Below, piece by piece: positions 1-10,416 of a stretch of 64,000 nt of DNA; within the stretch, counting starts at the first letter, position 1, and each line of letters begins with the position of its first letter. A model generated the notes under the pieces. The model saw only the letters and a list, made by a program, of their open reading frames with translations, was not told the origin of the DNA and searched no databases. Location: assembly GCA_002269645.1 (NCBI GenBank), contig NIVC01000221.1, forward strand, positions 496,001-560,000, in the 5' to 3' direction. The translations under genes were made by a program, and so were the position numbers. Source of the DNA: Macrostomum lignano. Its lineage: Eukaryota.

Positions 1-55
1 GCTATAATTCTTGCCCAGAATCCTTTTAACAGTTTTTCATTAGAGATGAATCAGC

Positions 56-510
56 GTGGCAGTTTCATCCAGACCCACTCAGCATCACAGCTTCATCCAG
101 ACCCACTCAGCTTCACAGCTTCATCCAGATCCGCTCAGCCTCACAGCTTTAATTAGACCCACTCAGCTTCACAGCTTTATCCAGATCCACTCAGCTTCAC
201 AGCTTCATTCAGACCCACTCAGTTTCACAGTTTCATCCAGATCTGCTCAGTCTCACAGCTTTAATTAGACCCACTCAGCTTCACAGCTTTATCCAGATCC
301 ACTCAGCTTCACAGCTTCATTCAGACCCACTCAGTTTCACAGTTTCATCCAGATCTGCTCAGTCTCACAGCTTCATCCAGACCCATTCAGCCTCACAGCT
401 TCATCCAAATCCGCTCAGCCTCACAGCTTCATCCAGACCCATTCAGCCTCACAGCTTCATCCAGATCCGCTCAGCCTCACAGCTTCATCCAGACCCACTG
501 AACCTCACAG
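56..510 (-). repeat. 28-bp minisatellite (about 16 units) derived from the WSC-PAN gene 3' end
   Basis: Tandem units such as CAGCTTCATCCAGACCCACTCAGCCTCA; reverse complement is GAGGCTGAGTGGGTCTGGATGAAGCTGT, which encodes EAEWVWMKL followed by the stop. Confidence 0.93.
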
Positions 511-640
511 ACTCAAGGTGCAGCCCAGACAGTCCGGGCTTCTCTGGCAGGTGGCAGCTCACTCGATGACTTCGCTGACTTCTGCGCTAAGGTCAGTTAC
601 GGATCTCAGCTTCATAAAGCTTGAAATGCTCGGCATTTTT
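500..640 (-). pseudogene. Degraded PAN-like exon 2 of a WSC-PAN paralog
   Basis: Minus strand reads MPSISSFMKLRSVTDLSAEVSEVIE*AATCQRSPDCLGCTL, homologous to MPSI...ECAAACQRSPDCQGCAF; TGC>TGA stop and an internal deletion joining it to the satellite. Confidence 0.8.
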
Positions 641-1147
641 CGCCCCTTGCAGCCATGTCAGCAGAGAGCGATCTGAGTGTGATACACGCGTTAGGATAGG
701 ACATTCGATCAATTTTTAAGACCAATTATTGTCAAAGATATGCTTTTCTTACTGAGCAGTCAAATAGACGCCCCCCCCCCTACTTACCCACAGGGTAAAT
801 TACTTCATAAGCAGAGTCGCTCAGTTCAAGGCCGCACATCTGAGACACATTTTCGCTGCATTCGGATTGACAGTTGCTCTCCAATTCCTTCCAGTTGGAT
901 CCGCTAGTCCGGCCGCAGGAGCGTGAAGAGTTTTAACAGTGGCGATCAGTCACTCGAAAACTCCCACTTCTATAGACACTGGGGGACACTTGCTGAACTG
1001 TAGTAGTGATAATTGGCTTCTGTGAACTGTTGTCTCCTGGAGTCCTTAACTTTATCTGTTGATCGGGCAAAAACAAGAGCGAATCAGAAGTCCTGACGGT
1101 CCTCGAGCTCGAAATTAAAAATTGAATTCTCTGAGTTTCTGTAGTAG

Positions 1148-1195
1148 GTCCTCATGAAGGGCGTCTTCTTCGTTACGTCCGAAACGTGACGGATA
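1148..1195 (+). ncRNA. Degenerate minimal hammerhead ribozyme-like motif
   Basis: CTCATGA-A-GGGCGT...ACGTCC-GAAAC-GTG; core mutated (CUCAUGA instead of CUGAUGA) and no clean NUH triplet. Confidence 0.4.
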
Positions 1196-1252
1196 TTTCA
1201 AATTAATAAAATACATCCTCTGGGAATATATATCCTAAGAAACAAGGAGGTC

Positions 1253-1612
1253 GAGGGGGCCGTAGCCCAGCGGTAGCGCAGCTGCTCTGGTGTGCCGCGA
1301 CCCAGGCTCGATTCCAAGTGCAGCCACATTAATTTGGGGCTGGATTGGAATCTTGGCTTGGCTCGCTTGTGCAATTAACGGCCTTGAGAGCCAACCCCCC
1401 CAAGGCGCAGTGAAGTGTACATGCCTAACAATTGATAAAGTTAGGGCCGCTGTACACTCCTGTATGAGTGTGTGCCTGCGTAACGTATCCGCGCGCTTGT
1501 ATGCCTGCTCAGGGGAGTCGGCGGAATGGGCATTAATGCCTTTCGCCGGTTGTGTGCCAATGACGCTTAAATTGCGCCAGGGTGCACACAACCCCCCTGC
1601 CTCTAATAAAAA
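1253..1612 (+). mobile_element. tRNA-derived SINE, full length
   Basis: A box TAGCCCAGCGGT, B box GGCTCGATTCC, tail CTAATAAAAAA; 13-bp TSD AAACAAGGAGGTC at 1240-1252 and 1613-1625; homolog at about 55350. Confidence 0.85.
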
Positions 1613-2094
1613 AAACAAGGAGGTCTTTCTTAAATGGGCCGGCAAAAAGGCTCTCGTAAGCAACTATAATAAACTTATTAATTAACGCTAGCAACAAAGA
1701 ACTAAATTTGGTAAGCGCTTACCAATTGGACAAGTATCGTCCCTCAGAGATTGGTCTTCTTTTCTTTGTCTTCAAAGTCTTCTTTGAGACCGCTCCGGGT
1801 CTGAATTTTTTACTCGGATTTTCACTTATATTTATAGCAAAATTTTCGGGAAAAACCGGTTTGAGATCAGATATTTACTTAGGTCATACATGTTTGAATA
1901 AGCAGTAATGAATGTCTGAGCATTACCACGTACTGAGTTGAGCAAACACAGCTGCTAAAATCCGGTCCTTGGATCAAATAAACGTTGGTCCTACGTAGGG
2001 CACTGAGTCACTTGTGTTTGAACATGATTCATTCTAAAAATAGATTGCAAGTTTAATAGGATTTTCGTAGAATATTACGATAAGTAGTTGATTA

Positions 2095-2384
2095 GGATAC
2101 AACTAACAGTTCTCTACAAGCATAACGAACCGAATAGAAGTCCAAAGTATCGGAACCGCCCGTAGGTGCAGATCTGACTGCACAAAATTTCACAGTGAGC
2201 GAATTGCTTTCAACAAAACTACCGATAGCAGCAAGTGTTCCAGTGATACGGGTTTCTAACGTCCTCCTAAAGCAACCCACGTAGCGAATGCCCTGCGGTT
2301 GGGTGGTACGGAAGCGGTGCACAGCCTAGCAAGGGCTGCCCAAAACAGCAGGAGATCAATTGCTAGTATTTTTAATCTCTGCAT
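2095..2384 (-). pseudogene. Frameshifted WSC exon 1 (pairs with 500-640)
   Basis: ATG at 2384 gives MQRLKILAIDLLLFWAALARLCTASVPP, shifts to QGIRYVGCF, shifts again to SQICTYGRFRYFG; matches the intact paralogs. Confidence 0.8.
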
Positions 2385-3404
2385 TGCCTAAGATGTTTAC
2401 AGGTGGCAACTGAAAACGTCGATTTTATCTGGAGTTTCTTCCCGATGAGACAAGCAAAGCCGTCACCATGGAAATCGAACGCGAGCAAATGTTTAATTCT
2501 ACGAGTAGCACACACGTCTGAGCAGCTGTCTGCTTTCCGACAGAGAGCGGCAACTCCCGCTTCCTTGCAGTGGATGGTAAATCTGTCCACGAGTTTGCTT
2601 TTTCACCTTCATCTATTTACTCAGACATTTGAATTTCTTGCTAATTAATGCAACGGATACATGCATATTCACAAGTCCTGTCAATGTTTACTGAACCCTC
2701 CTCCCTTTCTGCCGCTCTGGTGGACAGGAGTCGATTTGTGAGAACAATAGAATGAATGCATACGTAAGAAGATCCATTCGATTTCTGCCGACTTGCGGAA
2801 TCGCACTCTTTAATTCTTCATCGAATCGAATGCCGGCCAGCTGAGGAACCAGCCAGCTCTGTCTTGGCTGATTCACAGGCATCAGTGCAGAAGCATTTAG
2901 GATCAGTTTCTAACGGCTGAATGCAGGGAAACGTTTCCAGCTTCCTTGATGAAAAAAGCCGACCGTATGGTTGTTATCGCAGACCTGCCTCTGCAACTTT
3001 GGTTACACTGCTGGCATTTTCCATGGAGTTTCTCACGAATAATCAAAATGCAAAAGAAGCAACATTAAAATCGTGATACTTCACGGTTTTTTAGGTTGAA
3101 ATCCTTTTATAAAGCCGTGCGCTCGACTTAGGTGTCACTTCGAAAGTTTTTTATTTTGCGTATTATTTTGGTTCTATTCCTAACCTAACAACCTATTAAC
3201 CCAACGACATTAACGTTTAACTTTTTATCCTAAATTAAAAAGCCCTAAATTGCTTAATAGCCCCATATTAAATTACATAATGCACCTACAAGAGTCTTGC
3301 AGTAGCAGAAAAAGTACTGATAAAAATATATTGAAGTCTAAAAGGGCTTCCGTTTGACTGAATAGAGTTGTAGGACAGTGACAGTTCTTCAGACCCTCGC
3401 AGCC

Positions 3405-4373
3405 TCACAGCTTCATCCAGACCCACTCAGCCTCGCTGGACACCTCAGCGGGCACAGCAGTGAATCTCAGCAGGTGGCACATGCGGTTCGTAGGCACGAA
3501 GGCGCAGCCCTGACAGTCCGGGCTTCGCTGGCAGGCGGCAGCGCACTCAATGGCGCTGTCGGTAGAGACGCTGCTGTGGGTGATGGAGCTCAGTGAAGCT
3601 GTGATGCTCGGCATGGCAGAAGTTGGGAGCCTGGCCACTGTTAGGCCAGCTACAAAGTTCAATTAAAACAGAATTTAGGAAAAACACAACTAAAACAGGA
3701 AGGTCAGACCCAATCGATAGTGTGTTTTTATAGACATCTCTATATGATTTATTCAATGCGAATTGCTTTACATGACTTTTTCAAAATCTTTGCATTCTCA
3801 ATAGAGTTTCAAAAAGAATATTTTCAGCACAAACTAATCAGTGCTATTCTGATTCGTGCGACCGTTTTTAACGTTATAAAGATATTTTGACGTCCAGTGC
3901 TCTCAATGACAAACAAAACAACATTCGCTTCGGAAAAAGTCCCTCTCACCGTGATTATAAATATTTTCGTAGACGGAGTTCCTCATGTCTCCACCGCAGA
4001 TTTGAGATGAGTTTCCGTTGCATTTATACGAGCAGTCACTCTCCGGGGCTGGACCGAACGAGCCGTAGCTGTTGCCACAGCAGCAGTATCCACCGTACCT
4101 CGCACCGAAGTATCGAAATCTCCCATAAGCGCAGATCTGGCTGCACAGCTGCAGTGTCATTGAAGCACCATGTGCAATTGATGGCCATCCGGAATGTGTC
4201 CAATACGGACCGACTGTAGCGACCCCAACAAGGCCTGTCATGTCGGGGTCCCTTTTATCCACAAAGCAACCGATGTAGCGGAATGCCGTCGGATGAGGCG
4301 GCACCGAAGTCAAGCAGCTTCCGAACGCCGCCCACATCAGCAAGTAGCCGACAGAAAAGCCTTTCCAAAGCAT
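3405..4373 (-). CDS. Secreted WSC + PAN/apple-like protein (gene A); exons 4373-3950 and 3649-3405
   Basis: Signal peptide, WSC motifs YIGCF, LCSQIC, FGARYGGYCCCG, CGG..RNSVY; phase-1 GT at 3949, AG at 3651-3650; exon 2 ECAAACQRSPDCQGCAF...MCHLL. Confidence 0.88.
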
Positions 4374-4628
4374 TTGATTTGATACCTATGGTGGTCTTAT
4401 CAGTTAGTGCTTGGAGTATTGGCGTTTCAGAATATGCCAGCTCTGTGCTATGAACCGATCTCTGGCTACCGGCTTATGTTTTGAGTGCAATTGGGCTCTG
4501 GAGTTTTCTGGACTCGAGAATGGCTGTCTGGTTTCTAGGGGCCTGAGCCAATGAGAAATCAGCTGCATTTCGTAAGCCCATGCTGCGCTCATGGACCACT
4601 AAAATAAAGTTAAGGACTCGCCAATCAC

Positions 4629-4760
4629 GGGCTGTAGCCTAGTGCTTAGAGTGACGAACTCATGACTTGAAGTCGAGGGTTCGATTCTCGACCCACTCGG
4701 AACAATTTGTGCACTTGAGCAAGATACTTAACTCTGCATTGCTTGAGTACACAACTGTAT
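4629..4760 (+). mobile_element. Relic tRNA-headed SINE with CORE-like segment
   Basis: TAGCCTAGTGCTT A box, GGTTCGATTCT B box, then TGTGCACTTGAGCAAGATACTTAACTCT resembling the CORE consensus TGTGACCTTGGGCAAGTCACTTAAC. Confidence 0.55.
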
Positions 4761-5339
4761 TTTGTGCGCTGTTGCTCTCTAATAATGCATTTTCGAACTA
4801 TTTCTCGGAATAGCTTGTTTCACGTTGTATTCGGCAGTCCAGAAAGTGAGACGCTGGAATTTAGTGTTAAAAAACTGAATTTAGCAGTGTGTAACACGTC
4901 AGGTTCAGAATGTTTGACAATTATTATACGATAAAAAACTCGAAGGTAAAATTGAGCTAGTAAAAGTCAATTTTGAATGAAATAATTTTTGTTAGTAATT
5001 TTTGTAGAACTATAAAGTTTTGCCGGACAATTTTTCGTCCATCTTCTTCTTATTTTCCGTAGCCGTCATGGCAATGGGCGCACCCACTCACATGCAGCAG
5101 CTTCCTGTCCCTTCGCTGCTTTTCCTAGCCTCTCTATTGCCCATCCGGTCCATTCTCTCAGGTCATCCTCCCACTGTCTTTTCGATCTTCCTCTTCTTCT
5201 TTCACCTTTCACTTCTCATTGAATACAGACATTTGCCATGGCTCCTTTTGTCATCTGATGTCCGTATTATTTGAGCTTTCTCCGCTTGATGATCTCCACC
5301 ACATACATGTATTGTGGTTCCTTTCCCAATACCTCCTTA

Positions 5340-7480
5340 ACTTTTCTCCAGACCCAGGCATTTGTCTTTTCCTCTTTCCATGAAATCCTTAGCATTATTC
5401 TGTAATCAGCATGCTTTCCTTACCGTGAGGTCGACTGACAGCACCCTGCATGCGATAGTCGAGAAAATTGAGCGTTCGGTACTGGGTGACAGTTACGCCC
5501 TGGCTCTTTTTCTTGACATTGTTGGTACGTCATTTTTTAAGCGTTTTTTGAGGGCCCTTCAAAGTTTCAAATCTCATGTTACCCTCATACGATGGATCAT
5601 GTACATGATCTTCAACCGTACAGTCATTGCCCAAATCCTAGAGCAAACTACCTCCGCCAGATCCCAAGGCGGGAGGGAGGATCCCAAGGCGGAGTCCTTA
5701 CCCCGACGCTCTGGAACTTGGTCATTGACGCTCTTCTGGGCGACTCCCGACCTGACCCCGTCTTCAAAGTCGGGTAAACTGACGACGTCACGGCCATTGT
5801 GGTATGGCCATCCCCCAGCACGCTGAGGGATCTGATGCAGAGCTTTATCTGCAAAGCAGAATCCTGGACCAATGACAATGGTTTAGAACTCTCTGAGCCC
5901 AAAACTGTTGCCATTATGTTCACCAGTAGAACACGCTGGAACATACAGTGAGGCCTCTGCAGCTTTACGGTAGCTTTCGAGAAACAGACCAGATGTCTCG
6001 GGGTCATACTAGACTACCGGCTCAACTGGTCCTTCCACGTGAAATCAAAAGCCAAGCGGACCTCAGCCATCCTGGCCCAGCTCCGACGAGCACTTGGCAC
6101 TTCCTGGGGTCTATCCCCAAAGCGCATTTGGTGGATCTACACTTCAGTAGTTAGACCTGCCATTACGTACGCTTCTGTTGGCTGGGTCAGCGCCACCCAG
6201 GTCAAAAGCCATGCAGATTTGCTCAAAACGATACAGGGCAGAGAGTGTAGGCTTATCTGCAACGCCACTAGGTCCACGCCCTTTGCTGGCATGGGGGCCT
6301 TCCTCGATCTACCGCCTCTCGACCTCTTCGTCAGGGGTAAGGCGGCTTGAACGACGCGGCGTCGACTAGATGCCGGAGTCAAATTTCTTTACATGAGAGC
6401 ACCTGCTAAGCGGAACCTCGCCTCGCATAGCGGCCTATGCCTCAATATTCTCAATGAGTACCAGTCCTATCGCGTCTTCACCGAAGGCATGACCCTTAAC
6501 GCTCAACCTGAGACAGCGCTACTCCGGAGCTATCGACCGCACGATACCACCAAGTCCCACTGGAACCCTTGTGAGCTCCAGTGCTACACCGACGGTTCTA
6601 AGCAGTCAGCCAACACCGGTTTTGGTGTTTAAATCTGCCTGAACGGGGTGTCATCGTGACCCACGTTCAGTACACTGGGGTCAACTCCAGTGTTTTCCAA
6701 AGTGAAGTTCTCGCCATCAGCTCTTGCACTGCAGAGCTTCTCGCCACTGGCGTAACGGGTAAGAGCATCGTTTTCCATTCGGACAGCCAAGCTGCCTTGC
6801 ATGCCATCAGTGGCTGCAGCACCAACTCTGCTACAGTCCTCGACTGTATCAAACTCCTAAACATGTTGGGCTCCACCAACAAAATCACCCTAAAATGGGT
6901 TCCGGGGCAGTTGGGGATCCTAGGGAATAAGCTGGCTGACGCAAAACGCAAAAGTTGACGCAAAAGTTGGTGCCTCCGGCTCCTCTCTCGGGCCCGAACC
7001 CCTTGTCCCGATTCCCGGCTGTGTCATCGACTCGCGCATCAAAGCGTGGATCAGGACCCAGCACCGCTCGACTTGGGCGAGCTGCACTACCTGCAGGCAA
7101 TCCAAAGGCGCCGTTCCTCAGCCCTCTCACCAGCTCCGGAAGCTCCTCTTGCGCCTCTCGCGAAGAGACATCCGGGCTGCCACCATGACCATCTCAGGTC
7201 ACGGCTGTTTCTCCAGACACCAGACACCAGACACCAGTTGCTCAGAGATTTGAGCAACCCTGCCTGCAACACAGGTCAGTCAAGTGCACAGAACTACAGA
7301 TGGCGACAAGGAAGGCATCGGAGCAGAAAGCGCAGTGTTGTAAACAAACCAGGTGCACTCTTGGCCACCGTGATGACATTCACTCCGAGATTCTCTGCAG
7401 TTCCATGGCTACGCCAATCCTGTAGATTAATTTCGTCTGGTGGACTCTCCAGCTCCGTTTGCAAGGCGGAAATTATAATT
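5340..7480 (+). mobile_element. 5'-truncated, degenerate non-LTR retrotransposon with RT and RNase H (LOA/R1/I-group like)
   Basis: NQHAF..RST, LFLDI, SQGGVLTPTLWN, decayed YADD (TAA ACT GAC GAC), IYTSVVRPAITYAS, RNase H CYTDGSK, SVFQSEV, SDSQAAL, KWVPGQ.GI.GN..AD; many frameshifts. Confidence 0.9.
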
Positions 7481-8049
7481 GCCTAAGTTTAACTGCTACG
7501 AAAAGCCTACATAAAGCAAAAAACAAAAAACCTTAGTCAATATTGAACTCCGTTTTATAATTGGAATTGGTTGTGAATTTCAGCGAGGCGAAAAAACGAT
7601 AAAATAAAATTCTACCGGCAAACGTTAAAACTTTCGGGCATGTCAATTTAAGGGCTTTAATAATTTTAAATTATTAAATTTAATATCTATCATTGCAATA
7701 TTGAAATCGAGTTAGTTTATAGTTCTTTAGGTTTAAATCCTTTTATGAAGCCATGAGTTTAGCAATTACGTCGGATGCAACGATGTGTCACTCATCGATA
7801 GTTCATTACTTTTCTTATTATTTCGGTTCTGTTAATAAGGCGTATTAACCTAAACAAGATCAGCTCTTAAATCTTAATTCAAAAAAGCACGGAATCGCTT
7901 AAAGCCACATTAAAGTACATTAAGCTCGCGGTACAAGCGTTACAAAAGCAAAATATTGCATAATTGATAGAACATAAAATATTTTGAAGTCTAGAAAGGC
8001 TACCGTTTAAGTTAATTGTTGTACTTGCGGTGATATCGAATAGTTTTAT

Positions 8050-8150
8050 CCAAACCCACTTAACCTCACAGCTTCATCCAGACTCACTCAGCCTCCACAG
8101 CTACATCCAGATCCTCTCAGTCTCACAGCTACATCCAGACCCACTCAGCC
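8050..8150 (-). repeat. Short array (3-4 units) of the 28-bp stop-codon minisatellite
   Basis: Degenerate CACAGCT(T/A)CATCCAGA(C/T)CC units directly downstream of the gene B stop. Confidence 0.85.
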
Positions 8151-9041
8151 TCACGGCTTCATCCAGACCCACTCAGCCTCGCTGGCCACCTCAGCGGGCA
8201 CAGCGGCGAACCTCAGCAGGCGGCACATGCGGCTCGAATGCACGAAGGCGCAGCCCTGACAGTCCGGGCTTCGCTGGCAGGCGGCAGCGCACTGGATGGC
8301 GCTCTTGGCAGAGACGCTGCTGTGGGTGATGGAGCTCAGTGAAGCTGAGATGCTCGGCATGGCAGTAGCTGGCAGCTTGGTCATTGCTTGGCCAGCTACA
8401 GTGTTTCATAGATATGGTGTATGATTTATTCAAGATAAATTTCTATCCATCACTTTTTCAAAATCTAAGCATTTGCCATAAAGTTTAAAAAAAGAATATC
8501 CTTAGCACTAGTCACGTCATCACTGTTGTTCTTCTTCGTGTGATAGTTTTTGAGGTTTTAACGTATTGTGTCCTCCATGAAAGAAGCAACATTCCTTTTA
8601 GAAAAAGTCCCTCTCACCATCAATATAAATATTTTCGTAGACGGAGTTCCTCATGTTTCCACCGCAGATTTGAGATGAGTTTCCCTTGCATTGACGCGAG
8701 CAGTCAGTAGCCGGGGCTGGACCGAACGAGCCGTAGCTGTTGCCACAGCAGCAGTATCCACCGAACCTCGCACCGAAGTACCGAAATCTCCCATAAGCGC
8801 AGATCTGGCTGCACAGCTGCAGCGTCATTGAAGCGCCTTGCGCAATTGATGGCCATCCTGACAAGATCGAATACGGACCGAATGTAGCGACTCCAACGAG
8901 GCCGGTCATGTCGGGGTCCCTTTTATCCACGTAGCAACCGATGTAGCGGAATGCCGTCGGATGAGGCGGCACAGAAGTCAAGCAGCTTCCGAACGCTGCC
9001 CACATCAGCAAGTAGCCTACAGAAAAGCTTTTTGAAAACAT
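8151..9041 (-). CDS. Secreted WSC + PAN/apple-like protein (gene B); exons 9041-8618 and 8395-8151
   Basis: Close paralog of gene A; phase-1 donor GATG|GTGAGA at 8617, acceptor TGTAG at 8397-8396; ends EAEWVWMKP*. Confidence 0.88.
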
Positions 9042-9904
9042 TTGATCCTCTGCCGGTCTTTATGGTCAGTGTTTGGAGTTTTGGGGTTTCCGAATGTGCC
9101 AGCTCTGTGCTGTGAACCGGTCCCTGGCTACTGGCTTATGTTTTGAGTGCAATTGGGCTCTGGAGTTTGCTTGACTCGGGAATGGCTGTCTGGTTTCCAG
9201 GGGTCCCAGCCAGTGAGATGCAGCTGCATTTGGCTCTCTTGTAAGTCCATGCTGCACTCACGGACCACTAAAATAGAGTTGAGGACGCTGCACCAGCCAA
9301 TCCATCAACATGGATATGAGAGATTAGTTTGCAGCTTTTCATCGCAAGTTCAGTGTCATTCTGCTTCGGCTGCCCATGGTTGATCTCCGCTGTTCTGATG
9401 CCATGAAAATTGCTAAACAAGCACAAGTGAATTTTCTAAAAAAATTGCACAAAATTGAAAGCCTTTTTTGTTAACTGAAGAAACTATACGAGCGTATGCG
9501 GTATAGTTAGTTACGAAACTAATTTCGTAACGGTTGATTGATTTAATTGATAGCACTGTTTACCCGGGCTATTTTTACAATTATTGTTGAACTTTTACCT
9601 GCTTGCAAACTAATTCTTTAAATACTCGTAGAGCCCCAGTAAGTTTGCTTTGTTGCATTATCCTAACTACAAGCGGTCCGCACGAAGCTAAAAGAGATTG
9701 AGTAGATTTCCGTATTGCAGCATAGAAGAGTACCATGTCTGACTCAATAAATGGAGTAACTGTGACGTTGTCAGTTTCAGTAGCCCCGCCAAGGGCCGTT
9801 TTGACATACGGTACCAATCTTTAATATTGCCGGTTTCGTTCGATAATTTCTGTTCCTGTTTTTCTCAGCCGGCCAATAGAAAAGCCGCGCATTAATAATT
9901 ATAC

Positions 9905-10409
9905 CAATTTCTCTCGCGCGCCACCCCCCCCCCCCAGCCCGCTCCTTATCAGTTCTGTCTGGCCGTGCGCTCGGGGTTTAGAACGTTCGGAGCCTCTCCT
10001 CTTCGCTCCTTAGACTCCTTTGCTCCGCCGCCACCCCGTTTGGAGCCTTAGCCTGTTTAGACTCCGTTCAGACTCTCGCACCCTTGCGAGCCCGTGTAGA
10101 CTGCAGACTCTGGCCGCCTTTACTTGTTTACTTGCCTTCTCTCTCCGCCACGGTTCTAGCCACGCCTCTGCCACTCTCAGCCACGCCACTTCTACTACCT
10201 AAGCTATCTACTTTGTTGTTGTGTAGCCGCCAGTGCATTGTTACGCCTTGTACTTTTGTTGACAATAAATAAAGTCTGCAGTCATCGATCGCATTAACGT
10301 TAACTAATACTACTGCCAAGTGCTACCGCTACAAATTTGCCTCTGCCGCATTCATTTGCCTTCGCTCATTCTCGAGGCCGCCACACTTATATCGTCACAG
10401 TAACCTTCG
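9905..10409. repeat. Dispersed LTR-like repeat, related to 57890-58400
   Basis: Shared colinear motifs GCCGCCAGTGC, TTGACA(A)TAAAT, GCCAAGTGCT(A)CCGCTACAAA and a pyrimidine-rich 5' part. Confidence 0.4.
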
Positions 10410-10416
10410 GACAGAC

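Noticed and set aside
1255-1330. Functional tRNA gene
   Set aside because: Cloverleaf pairing is poor, and it continues into a SINE body with an A-tail and TSD
1235-1685. ORFs of 131-142 aa on both strands
   Set aside because: They coincide with the SINE and are incidental
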